Source: Oikopleura dioica (Eukaryota; Animalia; Chordata). Taken from it: a stretch of DNA of 64,000 nucleotides. Below are positions 1 through 11,310 of the stretch, piece after piece. The notes beneath the pieces are model-generated. The model did no database searches, was not told the DNA's origin, and saw only the letters and a list, made by a program, of their open reading frames with translations. The stretch is from the NCBI GenBank assembly GCA_907165135.1, contig OU015569.1, positions 6,138,001-6,202,000 on the forward strand. The letters run 5' to 3'. Within the stretch, counting starts at the first letter, position 1; each line of letters starts with the position of its first letter. The position numbers were made by a program, and so were the translations under genes.

Positions 1-1
1 A

Positions 2-3000
2 AACCAGCAGTGTCCGAGTGTTCCTCAGTGGACTGAATGGACTGAAGTTGGTTGCACAGGAAATTGTGCCGCTGAAGGACGCAAGAGATTTACGCGGCAA
101 TGCAAGGACGCGAATGGAATTGTTGTCGATGCTGCGCTTTATAAAGCCGAAGACTGTGGCTGCAAGCCGGAGACAAACTTCGTCATCCCTGCCGATGCGA
201 CTGCATATCCTGATGGATATTACGAAGAGAAGTGCGCAGAATGCTGTCCAAGATGGCACAGTTGCACTCCAACTCCACAACAAGGCACTTTAGGGCAACC
301 GGATTTTGTTGCTGCAGTAACATGCCAGTTTGACAATGACTTCGTCCAAGGGGCTAATTTTTATTTACCCGCAACTATTGCTAGAGTTTGCAGAGAGACC
401 AATCCAGATCAATGTGGTAATACTATCATCAGTGAAGATCTACGTTGTATGTGCAAACCACCAGAGAGCAATAACTGGTTAACAGCAGTCTGGAATGATG
501 GGAATACATACGACCTTTGCCCCGTTAATCTTGGAGCTGAAAGACTTCAGGCACTAGTTTAACATATTTAAGCCGTTTCCTTACTATAACCTTTTTACAC
601 GCATGAAAGTTAAAACTCAACATAAGCTAACATCTCGATATTTTGGCGTGGTAAACAGAGATTGCGGGTTCGAGTGCTGTGCGGAATGGTCTCAGTGGAC
701 AGAGTGGTCTGTCTGCGCTCAGAACGATGCTTGTCATGATTGCAACACGGCCTTTGTCTCTACGAATACTCGCACGCGTGAGAGCTCGTGTGGATGCGCT
801 GCTGATAATATGGATGAACGACTACGACGTTGCAATGTGAATACCGAAGATGAGCTAAGAAAAGTTCAAACCCTTCCATGTACCGACTACACTTGTTGCC
901 CGGAATACTGTCTTGGAACATTTTCCGTCTGCTCCGAGGATTGTAGAAATGCTACGGTTGATGCAGCTGGAATTTGTTCGGCCGATCCCGTCGAAAAAGA
1001 AGCAAAATTCGACCAGTGTTGTCGAAAACAGTTCGTCGGTGGTAACCCTTCCTCGATAAGTCAAGAAATTTGTGACAACGCAGGTCTGGTGGTTGACGAA
1101 ACAAGAACTCAGACTGCGACCTGTGACGATTTCGAATTCTGTTGTAAATTTGATGACTGGTCCGAATGGTCAGAATGTGCACTTGATAATGGTCTTAGCT
1201 GCCCGAGATTCAAAGAAAAGGGGAGAAAACATCGAACAAGAAACCCAATTTGTGGTGACAAAGATGTATGTGGGACAGATGAACATTGCCTCGAAGAAGA
1301 ATCATGCGATATAGATTGCAGTATGTCAATACAAACAATATAAATACATTATTATTTTCAAGATTATCATTCTTGACCAATGGTTAGACAATCATTCCAC
1401 AAAAATTCAGATCCGTGGAGCGGATGGTCATGTTGGTCAGAATGCTCAAAAAGTTGTGGCGGAGAAGGCCTTAGAAGTCGCGTCCGCAAGTGCACTGATG
1501 ATATGATTGGCTCAAAAAGCTGTCCATGTAACTTGGGCAACGTTGGTCATGACACTGTTTGTGCTGCTAATCAAGGTATCTGCGAGATACTATCTACTAA
1601 CTTAGTAGTACTAAGAAAATTACCAAAATGAGTTATTCTTTATTGATCTTAGGAGTTTGCGATGTTTCTGGAAGTGCCACATGGCTTCAAGCTGTCGGCC
1701 GTAACGAGCACCAAATCGATGATGGAGGCTTTATCGAAGTCGAGAGCTGTGGGTCCGAAAGCACTTGTCCATACTGGCGCACAAAGGATCTTCTAGACAG
1801 AGGAAGCGGCCACGACTGGAGTGAGTGGGGATCTATTGGAAGACTCGGAGTTTGGGTGAATGGACGATGTAGTTCGACATGTGGCGAAGGAGTCCAAACA
1901 AGACAAAGAGAGTGTGTTAGCGTGTCAGCTGATGGATCAGTGATCAATCATCCTCACGAAATGTGCGCAGGGGAACCACCAATGGCGTCTGCAGAAGACG
2001 AAATCGAGAGACCATGTAACTTGGGCCCGTGCGAAGGCTGCGAACCGTGGACACAGTGGACATGTCCGTCTTGTTTTAACATCGGCGTCAAGGCTAAAGA
2101 CATATTTGCAACACGGAAACGAACGTGCGAGGACCAAATCGAAGTAGAAGAAGGCCCAAGTTGTTTAGACCTAGGACTCGAGCTTCCAGAGCTGATGTGT
2201 CCCGAATGGCAAGATTGGAAACCCGCACGAGGTCTAAGAGGCGAGTGCAGCTGCCTTACGAATACATTTATTGAAGAGCGACTTTGCACTGCGTACGATA
2301 TAAAAACCGGAAAGCCAATGTGTCCGGGTGAAATGGAAAGAAGAAGTCCATGCGTGCCGACAAATTGCCGTAAGCTCTTGCATATAGTTTCATTATTTTT
2401 TTTTTAAATATATCACCTAAAATTACCTTTTAGCTCGTCTTGGTGACTGGACTGCATGGGAAAAATGCTCCGGCGGCACTAAAAGTCGAGTTAGAGCATG
2501 CAAGGATCCTAGTGATAACGAGGTAAGAACAGTTTTTATCGAAAAAAGAGTTGATTAAAAATAATATACTTTCAGAACATAAATTCATTCTTGTGCCCGG
2601 AAGATAGATTAACCCAAGTTGTCGCGTGCTCTTCATCAAGAAGTGAACAATTCACTGTGAGTCCCGATAAAAAATAAGTGTATTAAATTCATATTAAGAT
2701 TGCGATGAACGTAGATGAAAGACCTTCGGACGAAGGCATAATACAAAGGGTAAAAGATGCTCTCATGAAAGAGTTTATCAAAGAAGACTTTTCGCTTGAG
2801 TCATTTATTGATGAAGTAGATGTAGAAATTTCTAGGTAACAACTAAAAATTTATTCAAAAATTAACCTGTCTCAGAAACGATGATGGCGAGTACATAGCA
2901 AAAGTCAATTACGAATACTACAAGCCAGAAGACGATGACATGGAAAAGTCCCTGATGTTTGCACTTGAAAATGTAGCAAGAAACACTCTCGAAGAGTACA

Positions 3001-3095
3001 AAGAACCTGTCGGTGTTAATCCTTCTGATGGTGCGAGTTTCTCATATCTTTGTTCTACTGTTTTCGCTACTGTTATGATACTTACTTTATTTTAA
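2..3095 (+). CDS. Large cysteine-rich thrombospondin type-1 repeat surface protein, 5'-truncated by the window; probable SEA-like module and GPI-type hydrophobic C-terminus
   Basis: Repeated WSxWSxC / WTxWT ... RxRxC motifs. An open frame 2-550 (no start codon, absent from the ORF track) joins ORF 603-1343 via a GC-AG intron 551-658. Further exons lie at about 1411-1577, 1653-2369, 2433-2523, 2577-2657, 2699-2836 and 2876-3095. The protein ends ...NPSDGASFSYLCSTVFATVMILTLF* and AATAAA follows the stop. Confidence 0.8.
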
Positions 3096-3283
3096 TTCGA
3101 ATAAAAAAATTTCACTTCGCATGTTTTATGGCGGTGTTTTGACCGTTCAAAATAGACGTTTTTGATGAACTTTCACAGGTTATCTCAAAGTGCAGAGCAT
3201 GAGAACAAGCGCAGATGAGAATCGGTACAGATGTCTCTTTTCAAATCCAAAAGGGTCTTGTTCATAGAGCATTTAGTTGAAAA

Positions 3284-3905
3284 ATGAAGTTGTCAGCTTT
3301 TGTTTTTGGATGTGCCTCTGCTAAGGACCGGACTATTGCTTATTTGTTTTACTTTTTCAGTTAGAAACACTGCAAAAATATCCAATCTAAAGGTTATGTT
3401 CCACACGAGGAATCCTGGAGATTGCCATGATACCTGTGTTCTCAACCGAGTCTGTCAATTCTGGACTTTTGACAACCGCATGGACCCAGAGACTGAGCAA
3501 AGACGGCACGAGTGCCACCACCAAAACCACAATTCATACGAGAGTATCCACGATGCTGAGTATATGCAGTGTGGCTCTTTCTCCGAGCCACAGGGAGCCG
3601 TTCACAGGACTTGGCTCCAAAGATTTCTTCTTAGTTTAAAAAATTAGCTGAATCTAACGAAATCAGAACATGATTAGAAAAAATATGGAATAGCCAAAGA
3701 AAGCAATTGCCGGTTTGAATTCGGGGCGAACGACTTTGGTCGCAAGTTCATCCAGACTCACACTCCAAAACAGTGCATGCAGATCTATGAGCTTTGCCGT
3801 GAGTGCTCTGCTTATGAATGGCGTGAGTACGATACCGTCACCGGAGAAATCGATGGACACTCGGTCACTGAACACGTTCCTGGACACTGTGTACTCCGAA
3901 TCTAA
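3284..3905 (+). CDS. Small secreted protein with two PAN/apple-like domains
   Basis: ATG 3284 starts MKLSAFVFGCASA (signal-like). Domain 1 reads CHDTCVLNRVCQFWTFD...C. Domain 2 lies in an unlisted frame, GIAKESNCRFEFG...QCMQIYELCRECSAYEW...GHCVLRI* (TAA 3903-3905). Joining requires short introns with GC or GA donors. Confidence 0.65.
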
Positions 3906-4172
3906 TTTGTCCGACTGTATACAAATACAGCTCGTAAACGATCTTCTATCGCGAAAATCATGCATAGATTTTATTGACTTGAATAACAGAATTGCATAAT
4001 GAAAATATGCGTCAAAGTACTTTTGTTACAGAATTAAGGGATTGAACCTTTTTTTTATAAATTATTGCGCTCAAGTGCACGCATTTGATAAGGTGCTTGC
4101 AAATTGGAAAATATTAGAATAAGAATTTATAAAGCAGGAACTTCTAGGGCCGTGAGGAGGTTATGATTGGTG

Positions 4173-4721
4173 TTAACTTTGCGAAACTGTGGCAGCAAGT
4201 TTGTTGTGATTCGCGATAGACTGATAAACGCGCCCCAGGGCGCCCTTGACCCCGCTGGCGGGCGTCGACCTCGAGTGTCCTTCGAGATCGCTTCCCGAGT
4301 CTGGCGAAGACGTTGTGGCGCCGGCAAGTTTCCCAGTGGAACCCGCCAACGAAGCCGCTGGAGTAGGCCGTTTTTTCTTATCACTAAAAGGGCGTGTTTA
4401 CTTCTCAGGAGCTCACTGTAAAGGTCAAACCTATTGAGGTATTCAGCGATTTTTTCTGCTCGCTCGAGGTATTGTTTACATTTTGCCAGAATTTTCTCCT
4501 TTACTTTGTCACTCTCAGTTTCATCTGAACTCATTTAGACAGCGAAATTGAAAATCTCTCTTACAATTTATAGATTCGAGAAAATAGACGAGAGCGTGTT
4601 GATAAAGTGTAAGTGCTTCGTTATAATTACGTTGTTTGTCTTCAGTGACAGCTCGCTGGACCAGTTGCAACGCGGTTTCCAAGCTTGACGCTCTTTTAGA
4701 TATGTTCGACTGAATAAACAT
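4173..4721 (-). CDS. VPS4-like MIT domain plus linker, with no AAA ATPase domain
   Basis: Spliced product [70 protein letters not shown] closely follows the VPS4 MIT domain. The last exon is DKKKRPT...SPDSGSDLEG...VSQS* (stop 4173-4175). Both introns are GT-AG. Confidence 0.8.
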
Positions 4722-5321
4722 TTTTAATAGAAGCCTAGATTAACTCGGCTGCAATTAATGAAAAAGAAGAGCTCGAACATTACAAATAAATATCAATTTT
4801 AAACAAGAACATCATCGAGAGCAACTTATAAACGCATGTAGTGAATAATTAAAGAAGAGTTTTGCCGAGGAATTCAATGATCTTTAGGATCTGGGACATC
4901 GCCAAATCGGAATGAAAATAAGAGCAAGTACTGTACCCGTGAACGAAGCTCATTTCGGGAGGCTCTTTCTTCTAGGCTGAGCAAAGGCACTCCTTCGGTC
5001 ATCGTCGATGCATCTTTAACTGTAATTCGCGTGATGCATCGTAAGCAGTAATTACCCATGCGTACGCCAAACGAGATGAGAGCTTGTTTATGGTTCGCTA
5101 TATACCATACCATTATGTGTTTCTAATTAGTACGTCTAATTTCTAGACTCGAATTTCTCTGAACCTTGCCTAGAATGCGACCATGCACTATTCTGTTTCC
5201 TGGTTGAGATGAAAGGGAACGTCTTCAGCTGCGAAATCTTCGAACTCGCTGATCTCTCCTCCTCATAAGGAGTTTTAATGGCACGCTCACTGCTGAGTTT
5301 GCTTCCCGTAGACCGTTAACA

Positions 5322-8238
5322 TCAATTATCTTCCTCGCTTTTCAATAGTCGTTTCTCCTCGCCTTTGCGTCTGAAAAATACGTAATAAAATAGCATTAGA
5401 TGATTATTCTATTAGGCCGATAGCGCTTCGCTGATTTAGAAGAGGATACTTCATCTCTGTGACACTACTTTTCTGAATTAACAAAGTTAAGCCGATAAAA
5501 ATATTCTTTTAACGATTAATTTTAACTTGACAATAAAAGTTAGAAGATATATAAATTATATAATATAATTAATGGTCATAAATTAATTATTGTAATAAAG
5601 AGTCAATGTTATACTTATCGATAAGATTATGCCGTCGTTGATTAATTCCGTATAATGAAAATAATAAAAAGGATTGGTATGCAAATGAAAAAAAGAATAG
5701 CTCGAGGGCACAAAATAATTCACATAGGTTTCTAGCGAACGAATACACTTCCGGTAAAGGATACGCTAGTGTCTTACATTAAATGCGAATCGCCACGTTC
5801 GAAGGAGTTTTCTAGGCGTTCTTCTGATTCTGCTTGCACTCTTGTTGTAAGAATTTCAAAATTCAAAGGTGAATTATTTTGAAGCGCGAACTTGGCGACG
5901 GGTCTCTGGTGGGTGGAGGAGCTGGCCCCGGGTCGCAAAATGGGACCAATAGAAGGTGGCGACGCTCCTCCACCACCGAATTCTCGCAAAACCGATAGAA
6001 ACCGTCGTTTAAATCAGGATACGGCATAAATGTCAATACTGCAATGCTTTCAAGCGTGTCAATAAACGATTTCAATTGATTGGTTATGTTAATATAGGTT
6101 TTTTATTAAAAAGAGTGTTCTGATGATACCACAGTCAAATAATAACTTGCTAATACAGTTACTAGCACAGTCAAAATCAAATTCAAACAGTCATTAAGAA
6201 AAACAGACACTTTTAAGAGTTCCTTTGGTGAGCGTCAACTCCAATTTTCGCATTCAATAATTTCAGTTCGCAGTCAGTACAGTTGTTTTCCTTCATTTCA
6301 AGCTCTACACGTAAAAGCTCCCCTTGGTACTTTTGGGGAATTTCGACGCTACTAGAGCGATAATTCGACAGTTTATATTTTGGGAAGTTTTCATGATTCT
6401 CCTCTTTGATTTTTTCAGTAGAGAATACCGCATGTGCCGTGCAGAGTTTTCTTCCAGTGCACCATACAAATTTAAAGAGCAGCTCCATTTCATTGAGAGA
6501 CCATGTGACTTGAGCATCTGATGGTAGCTCTTAATTCAGATTTAAGAATAAACATCACTTGCAGATGCACCAGATCTCGTGATCGGTTTATCATAAACAT
6601 AGATGCACATTTTCTTTTGTTTTTGCTTACCAAGGCGCTCAATCGCTTCCAAATTAAACTCTCCTGATAATAAAACATCATCACCACTAGTACTCAGTAC
6701 GGTTATAAATTTGTGCATCTCGCCGCTTTTTCTGTGAGAAATGGCTATGTTAGCACCGTCAATTCGGATTTCGTCTTTTATGGGCATCGAACTTGTGCGA
6801 CTCCTGACAATTTCCCCAGACAGATTCTTTACAAGAGTAAGTACTTAACTGCAAGGTTATAGACTAAAGTGCAGCACTGTGTCAAAATAAAATGCCTTTC
6901 CTAGGTTGATCGCGTTTCCGCTAAAGGGCAATGTCTTCGAATTACAAAGAATATCAACAGAGTCGTAAAGATGATCGGAGGAGTCTTCATGGAAATCGTA
7001 ACGCGTGCGCAATTTGATCTTTTCTGATTCTTTAGATTGGTCAGAAGTCTTAGTTTCGAACTAGGTCTAGTTCAAGGTGATGCAAATCTGACCTGACCTT
7101 TCAGAACCCATGATAGTGTTGAGCTGCTCATGGGACTGTGTTTGTCTAGTCTTATTTCGCTCGCGAGGTCAAAGGTCATTGTTCTCCTGACCCCATCTCT
7201 AAGTATCAAAACGTAAACAACATCAGTAGCTGCTGTTTTAACAACTCGGTGTATCAGCCAGCCAAGGGGCACTTCCCAAACTGACGCTATCTGTTCATCG
7301 CGGCGAAAGAAAACGTGAATCTTCTCTTTGAACACATCAAGAATGTATCCCTCAGTTGCAAATATTGATGAGCTCCGTAAGCAAGGACAGGGTCCAAACG
7401 GCCGGGATTCTATGCTTGAGCTTTTAACTAAGTTACCGGAGGAGTCATCCAGCGGAGGACTACTGTCATACACATAAAGTATGTATAAATTGCCAGCTTT
7501 TCCTGAATAAAGAAAGCGCTTCTTTCCTATTTTGAGCAAAAATAACCCTGCGCCAACGTCACAAAGGCCAAACAAAGACCCGTTAGGCTTGATTGGTGGT
7601 TGTTTTATGAGTGAAGCTGCTCTCCTGAGTCTTATATTCTTAAATTTTTCTAAACATCCGATAAGTGTCGTTATATTGATCGTCGGAAACAATTGGAAAC
7701 GATCCAGATCATCGCCTCTCTCTTTACCGGCGCGCTTGACTTTCTTCTGTATCAATTTCTTTTGAAATGATTAGCAATCTTGGGACGATGTTAAAATAAC
7801 CTTTGTCAAGCTACGAATCACTGGATAGGGGAGAAAGGAAAATGTAACCTCAAGATGTCTTTGGAGCGAGCGTTCTGAGTCTTTTTCAAATTGATTCTAA
7901 TCTGTGGGTTTCCAGAATTTGCCCATCAATTTAAGAATTGATTCATCTAGCAAACCCTTCCCAGAAGAGTTTTCAGTGTTTGCAGATAATCACTGTGAAG
8001 AAGGTTTTCTGGTTGGAGAAGTCCTCTTAACCAGAGAGAGTTGACTTCCTGCGCCCATTCTAACCGAGCTAGTGCTCCTTCATAACTGAACATCACGGGT
8101 TCTTGTATTTCTCTGAGAAACGGATCGTGCTATCTTCTTCCTTTTAAGATTTGTACAAAAACAGACTAGGCTGCTTTTATTTGAAATAAGTTGGAAGAGC
8201 GGACCCTCTCTTTGTTCATTGAGATCGTTCGGGGTCAT
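5322..8238 (-). CDS. Uncharacterised multi-exon protein, possibly with a divergent FERM-like (ubiquitin-like / helical / PH-like) module
   Basis: A chain of open exons flanked by splice signals, including KIHVFFRRDEQIASVWEVP..., HLYDSVDILCNSKTLPFS and LFKFVWCTGRKLCTAHAVF. The last exon ends RKGEEKRLLKSEEDN*. The domain call rests only on weak motif resemblance. Confidence 0.4.
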
Positions 8239-8852
8239 TGTCGTTTCTTTATTTTCTCAGGAAAGTAGGCGTGGACCTTCGTGCGCAGACCAATTTTTCA
8301 AGACCTCCTACTGTCTGTTTCTTTAATAAATGTTTTCCTATCTCTATCTCATCCCTTTAGAGATTAAACTAGCGGAATGCTCGGTTCTTAGAAAATTCCC
8401 CTCCGGCGGTGACAGAAAACTTTCAATATGTAGAAGTGGCATATAAATTAAATTTATATAATATGGTACATATTAGTCACAGAAGACTAACAATTACTTT
8501 AAGTATATTTCATTATATTTGCAGTAAGTTACTCGCTAAAATACAATATGTTTCAATAATTCCTAAGGATAACTGGATAAGTAAAGCCATATGGCAAAGA
8601 CTATTTCGAAATGCCGTATTTCGAAGAAGAGCTTTATCTAATGCAAAAGTCGTGTTTCTTAATTATAGCTAATTCAGGCACAAGAGAATTTCGAGGCGAG
8701 GCGCATCTGTCTTGTTTAGTTTCAACAGAGAAAAATATTTAATTGGCGTACTAACTTCATCAATTTTAATTAAACAGAATATAAAGAGAAGCATCGGAGA
8801 TGCATGTGCACAATACACCAGGCCGTGGGACATCGCTTCTGCTCCCATCAAA

Positions 8853-9342
8853 ATGCTTAAAAAACTTTTTGTTTCAGTGATGGCGGCTCTTTTAGGAAAC
8901 GTTTGTGAGAGATTTATACACGCAGAAGAGGACTGAATTTCTTTAAAAAAACGAATTTAAGTCGTCGGGCATGGCTCACCGATAAACTGGAACAAGAGAC
9001 AAACAGGATGGACCCTTAACTCGATCGGGTACAATGCGGGCTTGAGTAAGTGACCCTAGGAAAGCAGCTTTTTGTGCAAACATGAGTTTCGAAAGCGAGG
9101 GCATTCCTAGGCAAGCAAACTGTATTTTTCAGATGCCCTGCAAAAGCTCTTTGGTAAACGCATGGTCAAACGAGGAACGTCCCACGAGGAAATGCTTCAG
9201 GAAATTGTTCAATTTTTCCCAGTAAAATTCTGCTATCAATGATCGGTGATGAACAGGAATCAAGGATGACTCGGCCGAGCTTTTAGAGCTGGAACGAATT
9301 CTATCCGACTACTTGAACTCACCAGCATTCAATTATAAATAG
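8853..9342 (+). CDS. GALP-like: Galanin-family (tunicate galanin-like peptide) prepropeptide, 4 exons
   Basis: Exons 8853-8904, 8962-9045, 9133-9221 and 9265-9342 (GT-AG introns) give MLKKLFVSVMAALLGNVFVGHGSPINWN-KR-QTGWTLNSIGYNAGLNALQKLF-GKR-MVKRGTSHEEMLQEIVQFFPDDSAELLELERILSDYLNSPAFNYK*. GWTLNSxGY is the galanin signature. The last intron boundary is less certain. Confidence 0.9.
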
Positions 9343-9587
9343 ACCTCGAAGACGAAAAGTTGCGCTGGAATTTTTATACTACGTGGATGTATCTGATTTT
9401 GTGTTTTTTTATTTACGCTCTCAATACTATACCGTGATTTATATAAATAAAGTTCAACAAAAACGTATTTTTGGCAGAATTTATTTAACAGCAATTTCTT
9501 GAAGTGAAGATGAATTATTTCTAATGAGAGGGGCATAAAGATTGAACTCGAACTGAGAGGAAATTTGATAGTATGAACTGTGGACTA

Positions 9588-11310
9588 TTATTCATCGATA
9601 AAGTTGGTGCAGATTTGAGCGAAGTCGGATGCATACTTCATGTGCAGATTGTGTTTTCCTCCTGGAAAAGCTTTGTACTGCACTGGGACATTATTAGATT
9701 TCAAGCCATTTACTATTTCATCGGCCATCTCTTGCGTAATCCAGAAGTCTTTCTCGCCATGAATAACGAGAGAAGGAGAGTCCACGTTTTGGAGCTCCGT
9801 TCGACAAACATCTCCGTTTCGCTCGTCTTCATTCAAATTATGAAAAAACATGTTTTTATTCATACCAATATAAGTGAGAAAACAATCAATCCAGTTTGCC
9901 CACATATCCTTGAATTCAGCAGCTCCGTAAACGGTTTCGTATGGCTCCCTTGCTCGTGCCCCCCAGTTGTCAGTATTACGCATTTTTAAATAAGTTTCTC
10001 GGTCTTTAGGTTTGATGAAAAGGTGCAAAAGAAAGTTTAATTATTTCGGTACAAGAATACTTATCTTTTGAAGTCTATTTCATCAGTTTCCTGACTCTGG
10101 AAGTGTTGCATTACTTCCGAAAACTATCATTTTCTCAACCACCGATGACAGGCTTTTATTCCCTGCAACGCAGATTGCCGTTATGCCTCCGTCAGACCAA
10201 CCGATGAGATTCGCCCGGTCAATTCCAAGCTCTTTCAAACAAAAAGCGAAGTCTTCCGCGTCTCGCTGAAGAAGATTTGCGGCTGGCCATGTTCGCAATG
10301 GCGGTCGCGCACGGCCATGACCAGCTGGCTCGAAGGGATGGTTGGACATTTCCCTTGCACAAGCTTTGAGCCAGGATACCACACCGCGCTACTAGCCTAG
10401 ATATGGGGGCGCAACGGCGCCCGCGCGCTTATATGAAAAGCATCAGCGAGGAGATGGGAAAGGAAAGCTTATCCCTTTTAGATTCAGAACCAGAAGAATT
10501 TACAATTGTTTTTATAGATAAAAAGACTTAATGATATTGATTTTATTTTTAAATCATTAAATAACTAAGAACATGTATTCAGCTGCCTGCTCCGGGGGTT
10601 TAGTGGGAAGGAAACTCACTAATTGACCAGTTCATACTTCTATTTACGCGCCTTCTTTTACTCTGACTGGTTTGGTCAGAAATTTATCAAATTCTAGTAC
10701 TCCTTACCTCGGGGCTCCGCCCCTTCGGGCCTAAGATGCCGGGGTCTAGTCTAGGGTTACTTAGGGTTACCTTCGGTAACCCTAACTAACCCTAGCCTAT
10801 CCCCCTCGGGTAAGTTTGTTCTGTCATTTTGCCCAGTGCCCCCTAACCCTAACCTTTATTTTAGCAAATACTAGAATTTTATAATTTTTATCAAGAAAAT
10901 GATATTTCATCGTGGATAAGCTTTCTCTTCCATCTCCTTGCTGACGCTTTTCATATCAGCGCGCGGGCTCCGTTGCGCCCCCATATCTAGGCTAGTAGCG
11001 CGGTGTGGTATCCTGGCTCAAAGCTTGTGCAAGGGAAATGTCCAATCTCCCGCTCGAAGCACAGTAACCTGTATTTATGAAATGGCGACTCTTTCTCCCA
11101 CTGGATCTTTAATTTTCGTTGTAAGAATAGACGGCTAAATGTGAAAACCTTGAAATCAGTATCAAGACAACCGCATGCACCGGGCATGAAAACCACTGCT
11201 TTGTCCGCAGCAATGTTCTCGTTGTCTTCAAGAACACAGACTCGGCCATCTGTAAGAGTGATCCGCCTTGTCAATCCGCGAAAGCCTATTGTGCTAACTC
11301 GCTTTAGCAT
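9588..11310 (-). CDS. BPHL: Valacyclovir hydrolase / biphenyl hydrolase-like alpha-beta serine hydrolase, interrupted by a TIR element
   Basis: Contains VFMPGACGCLDTDF, (FE)PAGHGRARPP, GWSDGGITA (nucleophile elbow), LVIHGEKD and PGGKHNLHMKYA, all collinear with BPHL. One intron is GA-AG (10004-10090). Confidence 0.9.
10336..11051. mobile_element. Non-autonomous DNA transposon (MITE-like), about 138-bp TIRs, 8-bp TSD
   Basis: 10336-10474 is the near-perfect reverse complement of 10914-11051. GCTCGAAG is duplicated at 10328-10335 and 11052-11059. No transposase ORF is present inside. Confidence 0.92.
10751..10795. repeat. Hairpin built from telomere-like TAGGGTTA units
   Basis: CTAGGGTTACTTAGGGTTACC-TTC-GGTAACCCTAACTAACCCTAG forms a 21-bp stem with one mismatch and a 3-nt loop. 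Confidence 0.85.

Noticed and set aside
7880-8140. A plausible minus-strand frame with three in-frame stops, suggesting recoding or an alternative genetic code
   Set aside because: Another frame (HDPFLREIQEPVMF...LLGR) is open between splice sites, and all well-identified genes end at standard stops.
5322-8238. JAK kinase (FERM plus SH2-like)
   Set aside because: No kinase or pseudokinase motifs are present and the SH2 resemblance is too weak.
10751-10855. TTAGGG/CCCTAA units as a true telomere or chromosome fusion site
   Set aside because: There are only a few degenerate units, embedded in a transposon inside a gene.
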